Source: Candidatus Micrarchaeota archaeon (GTDB lineage: Archaea > Micrarchaeota > Micrarchaeia > Micrarchaeales > CABMGC01). From it: a stretch of DNA of 64,000 nt. The stretch lies in assembly GCA_027334165.1 (NCBI GenBank), contig DAHWXM010000014.1, positions 9,437 through 73,436 of the forward strand, given 5' to 3'. The notes under the pieces are model-generated. The model ran no database searches. It saw nothing but the letters and a program-made list of their open reading frames with translations, and was not told the origin of the DNA. Position 1 is the first letter of the stretch. Each line of letters starts with the position of its first letter. The position numbers and the translations under genes are program-made. Below, one piece after another: positions 50,999-59,419 of the stretch.

Positions 50999-52163
50999 TG
51001 AGCTCGAAGCATACGTCAAAAGGTCAAGAATGCAAAATGCATGGCAGGTGGAGAGGGATTACCTGCAACACATGGTGCTGGATGCTATATATTCCGGCAG
51101 CATGACCGCAGACAGACTTGCGATGGTATTCAAAGGCGGCACATCGCTGCAAAAAAGGCGAGTGGTGGACAGATTCAGCATAGACCTCGATTTCACATCC
51201 AACTTGGATGAAGCGCAGTTGAATAGGCTACTTGAGCACGTTAAAGGATATCTGAACGGGATAGGCATAGCGTCTTATTTTTCAACGGAGCATAAACGGC
51301 GTAGTACTACCGTCAGGATAAAACTAATGGGCCCGAAGTACGTCCAAAGCAGATCGGAGCATGCGATGGTGACCGTTCGCTTGGAAATCAGCAGGAGGGA
51401 GAGTGTAGCCGTAGAACCCGACATTGTTAGGATAGAACCGCCGTACAAGGACGTCTTGCCTTACACGGTAAGCGCCATGAACCTTAATGAGGTTGCTGCT
51501 GAAAAGGTTCGTGCAATCCTTACGCGGGATGAGCCGAGGGACGTTTATGACCTTTCGATACTGCTCGGAAAAGGGTATAGGATACACGAATTCCTTGTGA
51601 GCAAGAAATTAGAGGGGTACGGAATAAAATTTGACTTGGACGAATTTCTCGGCGCGGTGGCTGCGAAGAGAGAGGCGTGGAAAACGGAAATTGGAAATTT
51701 GTTGTATGGAGGGGGAGCAACGGAATCTGCAATGCCAGAATTTGATTCGGTAAATGGGGCAATTGGCGATTACATGAAAAAATATGTGAGCATCTCGATA
51801 GCATTTAACCTTGGCGGCAAGTTTGTGACGGTTAATGGAGGGCGCATGTTCAGTCCTGAGAAGATAACGGCGCTTGGTGATTTTGACGGGGCGCTTGGCA
51901 AGGAGGGATTTGTCACAAACACCTCATTTTCTGTCACCGCATGCGCTTTCAAAGACGTTGGCGGTGTGGTGGTTGAATTCGGCGGGGGCAATGCGAATCC
52001 GATAGATGTTCCCCTTGACTTGATGATTTTGCCCAGAACGACAGAATCAATACCGGTCGGTATAAGCATGCAGAAGGGAGACAGATTAACGATGAGGTTA
52101 TTCGTGCAAAAACCGGTCGAAGTAAATGAAATAACCGTTGGTGTGATACTGGAGAACGCGTGA
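50985..52163 (+). CDS. AbiEii/DUF1814-family nucleotidyltransferase with an extra C-terminal domain of about 130 aa
   Basis: VFKGGTSLQKRRVVDRFSIDLDFT NTase motif and RDVYDLSIL helper motif. A beta-rich tail (from ..ISIAFNLGGKFVTVNGG..) follows. The start overlaps the AbiEi stop by 14 nt. Confidence 0.7.
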   Translation: MMEFDELEAYVKRSRMQNAWQVERDYLQHMVLDAIYSGSMTADRLAMVFKGGTSLQKRRVVDRFSIDLDFTSNLDEAQLNRLLEHVKGYLNGIGIASYFSTEHKRRSTTVRIKLMGPKYVQSRSEHAMVTVRLEISRRESVAVEPDIVRIEPPYKDVLPYTVSAMNLNEVAAEKVRAILTRDEPRDVYDLSILLGKGYRIHEFLVSKKLEGYGIKFDLDEFLGAVAAKREAWKTEIGNLLYGGGATESAMPEFDSVNGAIGDYMKKYVSISIAFNLGGKFVTVNGGRMFSPEKITALGDFDGALGKEGFVTNTSFSVTACAFKDVGGVVVEFGGGNANPIDVPLDLMILPRTTESIPVGISMQKGDRLTMRLFVQKPVEVNEITVGVILENA

Positions 52164-52191
52164 AGTCCTTGGCATCCAGCTGCCGCGCCGC

Positions 52192-52212
52192 GCGCATGCG
52201 AATGCGCATTTT
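52192..52212 (+). terminator. Hairpin plus T-tract
   Basis: GCGCAT-GCGA-ATGCGC followed by ATTTT, about 30 nt after the stop codon. Confidence 0.35.
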
Positions 52213-52382
52213 CACAAGGTATTGGCAATAAGTTTGGGCTTTGCGCGCAGTTTAAATAGGATGAGAGGCGGGAGATAGTGAGGCTATCTGGCTCATGCAC
52301 TTACCACACATTTTTGATAGCGATGGGCGCGTCATACCAGTTAGACCTTGATGCGTTCTATAAATTAGTAGATGAGTTTACT

Positions 52383-53195
52383 ATGGCAACTTTCAAAAAA
52401 AATAAAATTTCTGTTAAGAAGGGGGATAGTTTCCCAACTTCGATATTGAAAGGTTTCTTCCACGGAAGCAGCGGAGACACCGTGAGACTGTGTCCGGTGC
52501 CGATTGAAGAGATCTTTGAGACAGAGGCGAAGCTTATCGGAATGGGGGCGCACAGGGCGAAGGAGCGGGAGAAGGAATACGGTCAGTACGTTTCAAGGCT
52601 TGCGGATGTAGTCAGGAAGGAGTATGGGGAAATGGATATCGAGACGATCGGAAAACGGCTTGGATACGGCACAGGTTCCACAACGATGGCATCGATTGAA
52701 AGAAAATGGCTTGAAAAGGTCATACTCGCGTTCAGGAAGCTTGGGACCCACTACCACAGCGGAACCAAGCTAATCGAAGCGATTGCAATAAACAAGTTCA
52801 ACTGCTATGCTTCGAGTGCGGTCATAGCCAGTGCGCTTTACGAATTGAACGTTCCGGCGGGCATAGTCACAGCGATAGGGATCGCCGGCATGTCGGGGCA
52901 TGTGGTGACAAGAACCCAGCGGCACCTGGTCGAAACGGTCTTGAAGCAGAATCCGATACGCGATTACGACAGGATGGAGCTCCAGTATAAAATAGCTCAC
53001 GAGGTGAGCGTGAACGATCTTCCAGGAGTCACGTGGTACAACCACGGAATGAAAATGGCTCGCAGGGGCCAGGTCAAGGAGGCTGTAGAGGCATTCGGCA
53101 AGGCGCTTGAGATCATGCCGGGCAACCTGGTGGTAGAATTTGAAAGAGCGAACATCCTGCGCGATTACACGTCCATAGGTAGTTGGTACAGATAG
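52383..53195 (+). CDS. Transglutaminase-like cysteine-peptidase-fold protein with a C-terminal TPR (paralogue B)
   Basis: Collinear with 44577..45539: CPVPIEEIFETEA / KPVPVDEIFEIEA, FNCYASSAVIASALYELNVPAGIV, GHVVTR, VETV, and TPR-like YNHGMKMARRGQVKEAVEAFGKALEIMP. Confidence 0.55.
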   Translation: MATFKKNKISVKKGDSFPTSILKGFFHGSSGDTVRLCPVPIEEIFETEAKLIGMGAHRAKEREKEYGQYVSRLADVVRKEYGEMDIETIGKRLGYGTGSTTMASIERKWLEKVILAFRKLGTHYHSGTKLIEAIAINKFNCYASSAVIASALYELNVPAGIVTAIGIAGMSGHVVTRTQRHLVETVLKQNPIRDYDRMELQYKIAHEVSVNDLPGVTWYNHGMKMARRGQVKEAVEAFGKALEIMPGNLVVEFERANILRDYTSIGSWYR

Positions 53196-53222
53196 CAAAA
53201 TCGGGCGGTGCTGATGGCGGAG

Positions 53223-53768
53223 TTACCGCAGCAATGCTTTTTTGAGTTTCCTGAAGGCGATGCCGCGCATCGATATGGCGCCCTTCTCGGCCCTTCCCAT
53301 CTGCGCGAACGTCTTCGTGTGCCCCTTGGGCACGAACACGGCGTCCCAGCCGAACCCAGTCTTGCCACGGGGATTCTCCGCGATTGAGCCGTATATCCTT
53401 CCCGTGAATATCCTTGTCCTCTTTCCGTCATTGAACGCTGCGCACGTCTCCGCGTACGCCCGCCTTGTGTCCAGCCTGTCGACTATCCGGCACAGCCCTG
53501 TCGGGCCCACGCTGCCGACCAGCCACTTGACCAGCGCTCCTGGAAAGCCGTTCAGTCCGACAAGATAAAGCCCGGTGTCCTCCACGATGACCGGCCTCTT
53601 CAGGATCGAGTGTGCCTGCTCCGCCTTGTGCCGTGCGACGCGCCTCACGCTCGCATCCTGTATCTCCATCAGGTCGATATCGGCCTGCGCCAGCCTCATG
53701 CCGAGGGCGTGGTTGGCCTCGGCGAGCTTGTGCTTGTTGGACGTGGCGAAATAAAGTCGGGTTTTCAT
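53223..53768 (-). CDS. Non-canonical purine NTP pyrophosphatase (HAM1/RdgB/ITPase)
   Basis: FATSNKHKLAE, VEDTGL, FGWDAVFVP and KGAISMRG motifs. Confidence 0.85.
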   Translation of the reverse strand: MKTRLYFATSNKHKLAEANHALGMRLAQADIDLMEIQDASVRRVARHKAEQAHSILKRPVIVEDTGLYLVGLNGFPGALVKWLVGSVGPTGLCRIVDRLDTRRAYAETCAAFNDGKRTRIFTGRIYGSIAENPRGKTGFGWDAVFVPKGHTKTFAQMGRAEKGAISMRGIAFRKLKKALLR

Positions 53769-53793
53769 GTGTCACACGCATTTGCTTGCGATT

Positions 53794-55245
53794 TTAGGAA
53801 GCACGCGGAAGTATGCTGTCCACTATGAAGTCGGGATCGTAAGCCATCAGCGCATCGTAGCTCTCCCCGGTGCCGAAGAACAGCACGGGCACGGTGGTGT
53901 CGCTCAGTATTGAGAGTGTGTTTCCGCCCTTCGCGTCGCAGTCGAGCTTGGTGAGTATTATGCCGTCAAGGCCCACGGCCTCGTTGAATTCCCGCACCTG
54001 GTTGAGCAGCGCGTTGCCTACGGTGCTCTCCCCGACGAATATCTTCAGGTCGGGCTTGCTGACGCGCACCATCTTCTTTATCTCCTCCATGAGGCTCCTG
54101 TTAGTCTCCTGCCTTCCGGCGCTGTCTATGAGCACCACGTTCTGCCCGTGCGCCTTGGCGTACGCAATTGCGTCGAACGCAACGCTGGCCGGATCTGCAC
54201 CGTAAGCGCCCTTGACCACAGGCACGCCGAGCTTGTTCGCATGGTATATCGTCTGCTCTATCGCAGCTGCGCGGAACGTGTCGCTTGCGGATATGACGCA
54301 TGTCAGGCCGTTCTTGAGCAGCATGTGCGCCACCTTCGCTATCGCTGTCGTCTTTCCTGCGCCGTTCGGGCCTATGAACAGTATCTTGTAAGGCGCCGCG
54401 CCGGCCGCAACGCTCCTCCTCGCATTCTCTGCAAGATCCACAGGAGCGTGCGTGCCGAGTATCCCGAGTATCGACTCGCGTATTATCTCGGTTATGCCAC
54501 GCTCTATGCCGGAGGAGCTTATCTGCCTTGACAGGAGCTCCTTCCGTATGTTCTCGACGAGCCGCTCGGTGACGTCGTAATTAACGTCGGATTGCAGCAA
54601 CGAGAGCCTGAACTCGTCCATGAACGGGTCTACGTCCTTCTCGCTCACCCGCACCTCCTTGAATATGATTCCCTTCAGCCTTGTGCCAAAGCCTACCCCT
54701 GCCTTCTGCGGCTTTTGGATCGCGCGCTCCGCTGTGCGCGGAGCTTCCGGCTTCTTCCCAACAGTTTGCCTCTCAGATTCGGATTCTGCCGGTTTTGCAG
54801 GCCCCGTAGATGGCCCGTGTGCCGGTTCTGGGGCTGGAGCGGGGGCATGAACGCGGCTTTCCGCCATGGTGTCCCTGCCGCTCTTCTTCTCGCGCTCGGC
54901 GCGGGCCTCAGGCATGCTCTCCGGCTTTTGTGCCGCAGGCTGATTGATGTGATGGTGCTCCTTTGCCTTTGGAGGCTCCGCTTGGCGCGGGGATTCCTTC
55001 TCATTCTCCTTCTTCTCTTCCCTCTGCCCTGAGGGTTGCACCACCTCGTGTGCCGGTGTGGACCTTGATGCCTTCCCCTCCGATTTCTCCTCGGGTTTCG
55101 CAGGAGGCACTGTCCGCTCTTGGGGGTGCTGCGGAGCAGGCTCTACCTCAACCTTGGCGGATTCCTGCTGCCCGATCTCCTCCTCTTCCTTCTTTGCTAT
55201 GGATTGGATAAGGTTCGAAAACTTCTTCTTAAGGCCTTCAAACAT
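53794..55245 (-). CDS. ftsY: Signal recognition particle receptor FtsY
   Basis: NG domain with GPNGAGKTT, DSAGRQ and TKLDCDAKGG, preceded by a Lys/Glu/Pro/Ala-rich N-terminal region of about 190 aa. Confidence 0.9.
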   Translation of the reverse strand: MFEGLKKKFSNLIQSIAKKEEEEIGQQESAKVEVEPAPQHPQERTVPPAKPEEKSEGKASRSTPAHEVVQPSGQREEKKENEKESPRQAEPPKAKEHHHINQPAAQKPESMPEARAEREKKSGRDTMAESRVHAPAPAPEPAHGPSTGPAKPAESESERQTVGKKPEAPRTAERAIQKPQKAGVGFGTRLKGIIFKEVRVSEKDVDPFMDEFRLSLLQSDVNYDVTERLVENIRKELLSRQISSSGIERGITEIIRESILGILGTHAPVDLAENARRSVAAGAAPYKILFIGPNGAGKTTAIAKVAHMLLKNGLTCVISASDTFRAAAIEQTIYHANKLGVPVVKGAYGADPASVAFDAIAYAKAHGQNVVLIDSAGRQETNRSLMEEIKKMVRVSKPDLKIFVGESTVGNALLNQVREFNEAVGLDGIILTKLDCDAKGGNTLSILSDTTVPVLFFGTGESYDALMAYDPDFIVDSILPRAS

Positions 55246-55304
55246 CGTGCAACACCGTCAGGAGGGCATCCTGCCCATCGCATGCTTACATGAATATGCC
55301 TTCA

Positions 55305-56546
55305 CTAGTATTTATTTGCTTGCAGCCACTTCCAGGCGGGCACAACGTGAATCTTTTTGCCCTTTATATCAATTAGGTCTTCCTGGTCCATTGTCACTAT
55401 TGTGCCGTGGTCAAGTCCGAATTTTTTCATGGCCTCGGATAGCCCGCCGACTTCGCGAGCCATGTTTTCCCCGCCCAACTCGTATGTTACCTGGATTGCA
55501 GAAACGATCTTGCCCTTTTCCCTTATGATGAAATCGCATTCGCCATTGCCCTTGAAATAGAACACGTCTTTGTGCTGCCTGCGTATGGCAATAAAAACGG
55601 CATTTTCGAGCATCCTGCCGTAATCCGAAGAGAAAGACAGAGTGTTGGCACTGACCAGCCCGTTGTCTATTGCGTACACCTTCCTTGGATTGATAAGCTG
55701 CTTCTTCACTGAGTAGTCAAATCGCTTTATCGAGAATACCAGATAACTATCCTCAAGGTGCGAGATAAAGGAGATTATTGTATTCACGGATCCTGCATTG
55801 AACATCCTCCGGAGCTTGTTGAAGGAAAACTCCTTCCCAACGTTAGTCATCAGGTACAGCGCCAAGTCATTGAGCGTCTTTGAATTCCGCAGTCCATACC
55901 TTGACACTATGTCGCGCTGGATTATATCTGAGAGCAGCTCGCGCAGCGTTTCCTGCCTTCCGCGCAGAAGATACTGCGGAAATCCGCCATTGACGAGATA
56001 TGTGCGAAGCGACTCCGCACTGGCGGCCTCCTTCCTGGCGGTCAATGACTCGGAGAATGAGAAGGGGAACAGCTCGACATCCCTGTGCCTACCGGTAAGT
56101 CTCGTGCCCAGCTCTCTGCTCAGGAGAGACGCATTCGAACCAGTTATCACGAACAGTGCCCCCCTGTCAAGACCCGAACGTATGAACAGTTCCCACTTCG
56201 CCACGTTCTGAATCTCGTCGAAAAGGTACGTGCCACCTGGCCCGTACTCTTCAATGAATATTTTGTTGAGGTTCTCGAAGTCGCCGGCGCTGAAATCCGA
56301 AAGCCGGGTGTCCTCGAAGTTAAGGTAATAGAATCTGCCTGCCTTGGATATGAACTGCCGCAGGATGGTGCTTTTGCCGCAGCGCCTTATCCCTGAAATA
56401 ATGACAGCGTAGCTTGTTTCAGGCGCTATGTCCTTAAGTTTCTCACGCTCTACGCCGTATTCGAAAGATTCGAGTTCTATCCTTTGAAGTTTTACTATCT
56501 GCCTTAACGCACTTATCGGAAGCATGATTTGAATCGGTGTCCGCAA
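55305..56546 (-). CDS. COG1373-type AAA+ ATPase with a DUF4143-like C-terminal domain
   Basis: Walker A GIRRCGKS, Walker B FDEIQ, C-terminal ECDFIIR ... AIQVTY. ATG 56525 is an alternative leaderless start (TTTAAATA at about 56552). Confidence 0.75.
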   Translation of the reverse strand: MRTPIQIMLPISALRQIVKLQRIELESFEYGVEREKLKDIAPETSYAVIISGIRRCGKSTILRQFISKAGRFYYLNFEDTRLSDFSAGDFENLNKIFIEEYGPGGTYLFDEIQNVAKWELFIRSGLDRGALFVITGSNASLLSRELGTRLTGRHRDVELFPFSFSESLTARKEAASAESLRTYLVNGGFPQYLLRGRQETLRELLSDIIQRDIVSRYGLRNSKTLNDLALYLMTNVGKEFSFNKLRRMFNAGSVNTIISFISHLEDSYLVFSIKRFDYSVKKQLINPRKVYAIDNGLVSANTLSFSSDYGRMLENAVFIAIRRQHKDVFYFKGNGECDFIIREKGKIVSAIQVTYELGGENMAREVGGLSEAMKKFGLDHGTIVTMDQEDLIDIKGKKIHVVPAWKWLQANKY

Positions 56547-56666
56547 TATTTAAACCTTTTCATTAGTAATGCACACTTTTGTGCATTTGCGGTGAAAGGC
56601 TTTGTTCATTGCCGTTGAACAGGTGCGCGCAAGGTTCGGGCGCATGCTGCAGGCGTGCACTGCGGG

Positions 56667-57098
56667 TCACTGCCTGGTGAGCGCTGCTATGCGGTACGAG
56701 ATGCTGAATAGCTCCTTCTCCAGGTTCTGCATCTCCGCCACAAGCTTGGAGTGTATGGCGTCGTTCTCCTTCATGTTCTGCTCTAGGAACGCCTTCGCGT
56801 CCTTCACCGGCTTCTCCGTCAGGTATCCGCCGCCCACGTAGGCGATGATCGACTCGACGTCCTCTATCCTGGCGCGCATATACGTCGCATCGTCGGTGGT
56901 GAGAAGTATGCTCGTGCCCTTCATCCTGTCCGTGTTGCTTGCGAGCTCGAGGCCGCGCAGCATGGACTCGCGCGCGATGTTCATCGCGGTGAGCTGGCTG
57001 TTCAGCAGCTCGTATCTCTGCGTGTATATGTTCTGGACGTACTGCAACTGCGCCAGAGCCTCGCTTGCGTTTGCCGCTATCTCTTCTTGTTCTGCCAT
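56667..57098 (-). CDS. pfdA: Prefoldin alpha subunit
   Basis: 144 aa with two coiled-coil arms flanking a beta-hairpin core (KGTSILLTTDDATYMRARIEDVESIIAYVGGGYLTEK). Start at ATG 57098 rather than 57167. Confidence 0.8.
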   Translation of the reverse strand: MAEQEEIAANASEALAQLQYVQNIYTQRYELLNSQLTAMNIARESMLRGLELASNTDRMKGTSILLTTDDATYMRARIEDVESIIAYVGGGYLTEKPVKDAKAFLEQNMKENDAIHSKLVAEMQNLEKELFSISYRIAALTRQ

Positions 57099-57214
57099 AT
57101 CAGCACCGGTAACAAATGATTGCGGCAGGAAGGTTCTGCCGCGCAGATATCTTGTGGGTCTCAACAATATTAATACTTGCTATTGGACACTTGGACGCGG
57201 GAGCGCGTCTGCTG

Positions 57215-57850
57215 TCAAAGATACTTGCCTACGGCCTTCTTGGAATCCGCGCGTAGGCGGTCATACTCTTCCCTTGATGAAGTTATAAAGTGCCAGAGCC
57301 GTTGCCCCTTATCGAGATATTCGAGCATGCCCGAGAATCCTTTGCGCTCGTCTATATGGTACTCTTTTATCAGTGTGTTCACCTCTTCGAGATTTACACC
57401 GGAGTAGAATAGCAGCGAGACTACGTCTATAATGTCCTTGTCGATCTTCGATGGATCCGAACTGAAATATCCGCACATCTTCAGCAGCAGGAGGATGCTC
57501 TTCGGTGCTGCCCTTATTCCTTCAACCGTAATGTACGAGGATAGAATCTTGTCGATTGGTATCGTAAGGATGTCTTTCGAGATGCCCTCAACTATGAGGT
57601 CCACGGTGACGCCATCTACAACTGCAAAGTACATGTCAAGACCCTTATGTTTTTCTATCCCGTACTTTTTGAAGTATGCGAGTTTGTCGGCGCCTATGAC
57701 AAGGTCAATATCGGTGCTCTTCTGGACACGGACATAAAAGTTTACCGCCCATCCGCCTATGAGGACGAAATCCTGCATTTCTCCGGCAATCTTCTGCAGC
57801 ACATTCCTGCTCTTTTGCGTCAGAGCGCTTGAATAAAATTCTTTAGTCAT
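57215..57850 (-). CDS. Compact nucleotidyltransferase-fold protein (AbiEii-like, about 210 aa)
   Basis: FVLIGGWAVNFYVRVQKSTDIDLVI is a minimal NTase G-G-x13-D-x-D motif. Paralogue of 62732..63358. Confidence 0.6.
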   Translation of the reverse strand: MTKEFYSSALTQKSRNVLQKIAGEMQDFVLIGGWAVNFYVRVQKSTDIDLVIGADKLAYFKKYGIEKHKGLDMYFAVVDGVTVDLIVEGISKDILTIPIDKILSSYITVEGIRAAPKSILLLLKMCGYFSSDPSKIDKDIIDVVSLLFYSGVNLEEVNTLIKEYHIDERKGFSGMLEYLDKGQRLWHFITSSREEYDRLRADSKKAVGKYL

Positions 57851-57859
57851 AAACGCACA

Positions 57860-58507
57860 TCATATCTTTGCCGTATCAGGCGGCGTTGCTGTGAGCCTCC
57901 CGTACAGCGTGTCGAAGAACCGTGGTGCTGCCCAGCCGCTTACATTCCATAGGTCCACGCATATCTGTGTTGGCTTGACTGCAGGAATCAGAAGCTTTCC
58001 GTGAAGCATTTCCCTTTCAAGAATAGCATCTGGACGAAGTACAACAAGATCTGCGTAATCGGGCTTTGCGCGTGATAGTATGGCTTTTGGAAAGCGGCGC
58101 GCCATGTCCGCCATCATTCCTTCCGCGGCATACACATAAACTTCCCCGTAATCCGACACATCGTTCCCGTACGTGAGGGAGTATCCGGTAAAGGCGGTGA
58201 ACGCCACTTCTCCCGGCATGTTGTCCTCTATATATTTTGTACCTTTGCCCACAAATGTAGAATAAACGATGTCCCGGTGCAGCTTCCTTGTTGCTGCCCA
58301 GTACATTAGTGCTTTTCTGAAGTTTGTGATCTCAAATGAGCGGGAATATATCGACGCCGCGCCTAGCTCTGCAAGGGTGCGGATGGCGATGTTCACTGTG
58401 TTTGGAGAGATGCCAAGTTCGCGCGCGACTGCGTTCGCACTGCCTGTCGGGACTCCCGAAAGGTACGCTTCGAGCACATGGCGATAAACTACGCCGCGCA
58501 TGTCCAT
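57860..58507 (-). CDS. wHTH protein partnered with the compact NTase (AbiEi-like, about 215 aa)
   Basis: wHTH ANAVARELGISPNTVNIAIRTLAELG, then YGEVYVYA and ICVDLWNVSGW. Paralogue of 62120..62731. Lies 9 nt upstream of the NTase gene. Confidence 0.6.
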   Translation of the reverse strand: MDMRGVVYRHVLEAYLSGVPTGSANAVARELGISPNTVNIAIRTLAELGAASIYSRSFEITNFRKALMYWAATRKLHRDIVYSTFVGKGTKYIEDNMPGEVAFTAFTGYSLTYGNDVSDYGEVYVYAAEGMMADMARRFPKAILSRAKPDYADLVVLRPDAILEREMLHGKLLIPAVKPTQICVDLWNVSGWAAPRFFDTLYGRLTATPPDTAKI

Positions 58508-58548
58508 AAACCCACATTATCCTATTTGAATTCCTGATATTTAAATAC

Positions 58549-58567
58549 TATCCTATAATATAGGATA
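58549..58567. promoter_or_regulatory. Perfect 19-bp palindrome upstream of the wHTH gene
   Basis: TATCCTATA-A-TATAGGATA, flanked by two direct ATTATCCTATTT repeats (58517-58528 and 58578-58589). Confidence 0.4.
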
Positions 58568-58611
58568 AAAGAGGGGGATTATCCTATTTATATTTTCTTT
58601 ATTTAAATATC

Positions 58612-58628
58612 ATCCTTAAATAAAGGAT
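58612..58628. promoter_or_regulatory. Second palindrome in the same AT-rich spacer
   Basis: ATCCTT-AAATA-AAGGAT. Confidence 0.35.
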
Positions 58629-58707
58629 AAGAAAAGGGACTGTAGATTAGCGCAATAAAGAGGTACCAAAGAAAATCAACAGAGGCAATGGGGCTGAAAA
58701 TCGATTT

Positions 58708-59379
58708 TCAGTCCGAGAGGTCCAGGCCCTCCATTATCCTTGCGATCTCGAATCCGGTGGTCTCCTGGCCGAGTATGGCGCCGTTCGAGTTCGCTATCGA
58801 GGAAAGCCTCACGCTAAGCGAACCCAGATTCGCGGTGGACTGCGACACCCCCTTTACGTGCGGCTTTATGGCAGCCACCTCCTCATCCGAGGCGTTGTTG
58901 TTGAGCACCATGCCCTTGTTTGTGAGCACGTTGTTCGCGCCCACGGTGTTGAACCCGCCGAAGGACATGCGCAGCGGCTTTACTTGCAGCTTCCGGCCTA
59001 TCTCTGCGGTCTCCTCCTCGCTGAATTCCGGACTGACCACCGCTATGCTGTCGTTGGCGAGTATGTTGTTGCCAAGCGCGTTCAGATCAGTGGCAAAGGT
59101 CTCGACGCTTATGCCCGGAAGGTGCCTCCTGATAGAGGCCAGCTCCGACTGGCTTATTATTTCTGGAACGAGGATGGCGCGGGAATTTGCCACCGCGTAT
59201 ATCCCGATGAGGTCCGAATTGTCTATGGATACGGAGTGTGCGTCGACCCCAAGGGATTTGCGCACCATGGCGTGGCTCTTCTCTGCCGCAGTGTTGCCTA
59301 TGAGCGCATAGGAATCGGTTGCTATGCAGAATGCCCCTATGAAGGGATTTCCGTTTATGTTCGCCTTGGATATGACCAT
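58708..59379 (-). CDS. eif6: Translation initiation factor 6 (aIF6)
   Basis: NINGNPFIGAFCIATDSYALI start and pentein-like repeats; 223 aa. Confidence 0.9.
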   Translation of the reverse strand: MVISKANINGNPFIGAFCIATDSYALIGNTAAEKSHAMVRKSLGVDAHSVSIDNSDLIGIYAVANSRAILVPEIISQSELASIRRHLPGISVETFATDLNALGNNILANDSIAVVSPEFSEEETAEIGRKLQVKPLRMSFGGFNTVGANNVLTNKGMVLNNNASDEEVAAIKPHVKGVSQSTANLGSLSVRLSSIANSNGAILGQETTGFEIARIMEGLDLSD

Positions 59380-59419
59380 GGGCTTGACCCGTAGTATGAG
59401 TGCGATGTCGCTTGCCTTG

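Noticed and set aside
54650-55200. Repetitive-looking DNA in the ftsY 5' region (and at 59430-59680 in rpl31e), considered as a tandem repeat or CRISPR-like array.
   Set aside because: This is low-complexity Lys/Glu/Pro/Ala coding sequence in an open frame continuous with conserved domains. There is no regular repeat-spacer periodicity.
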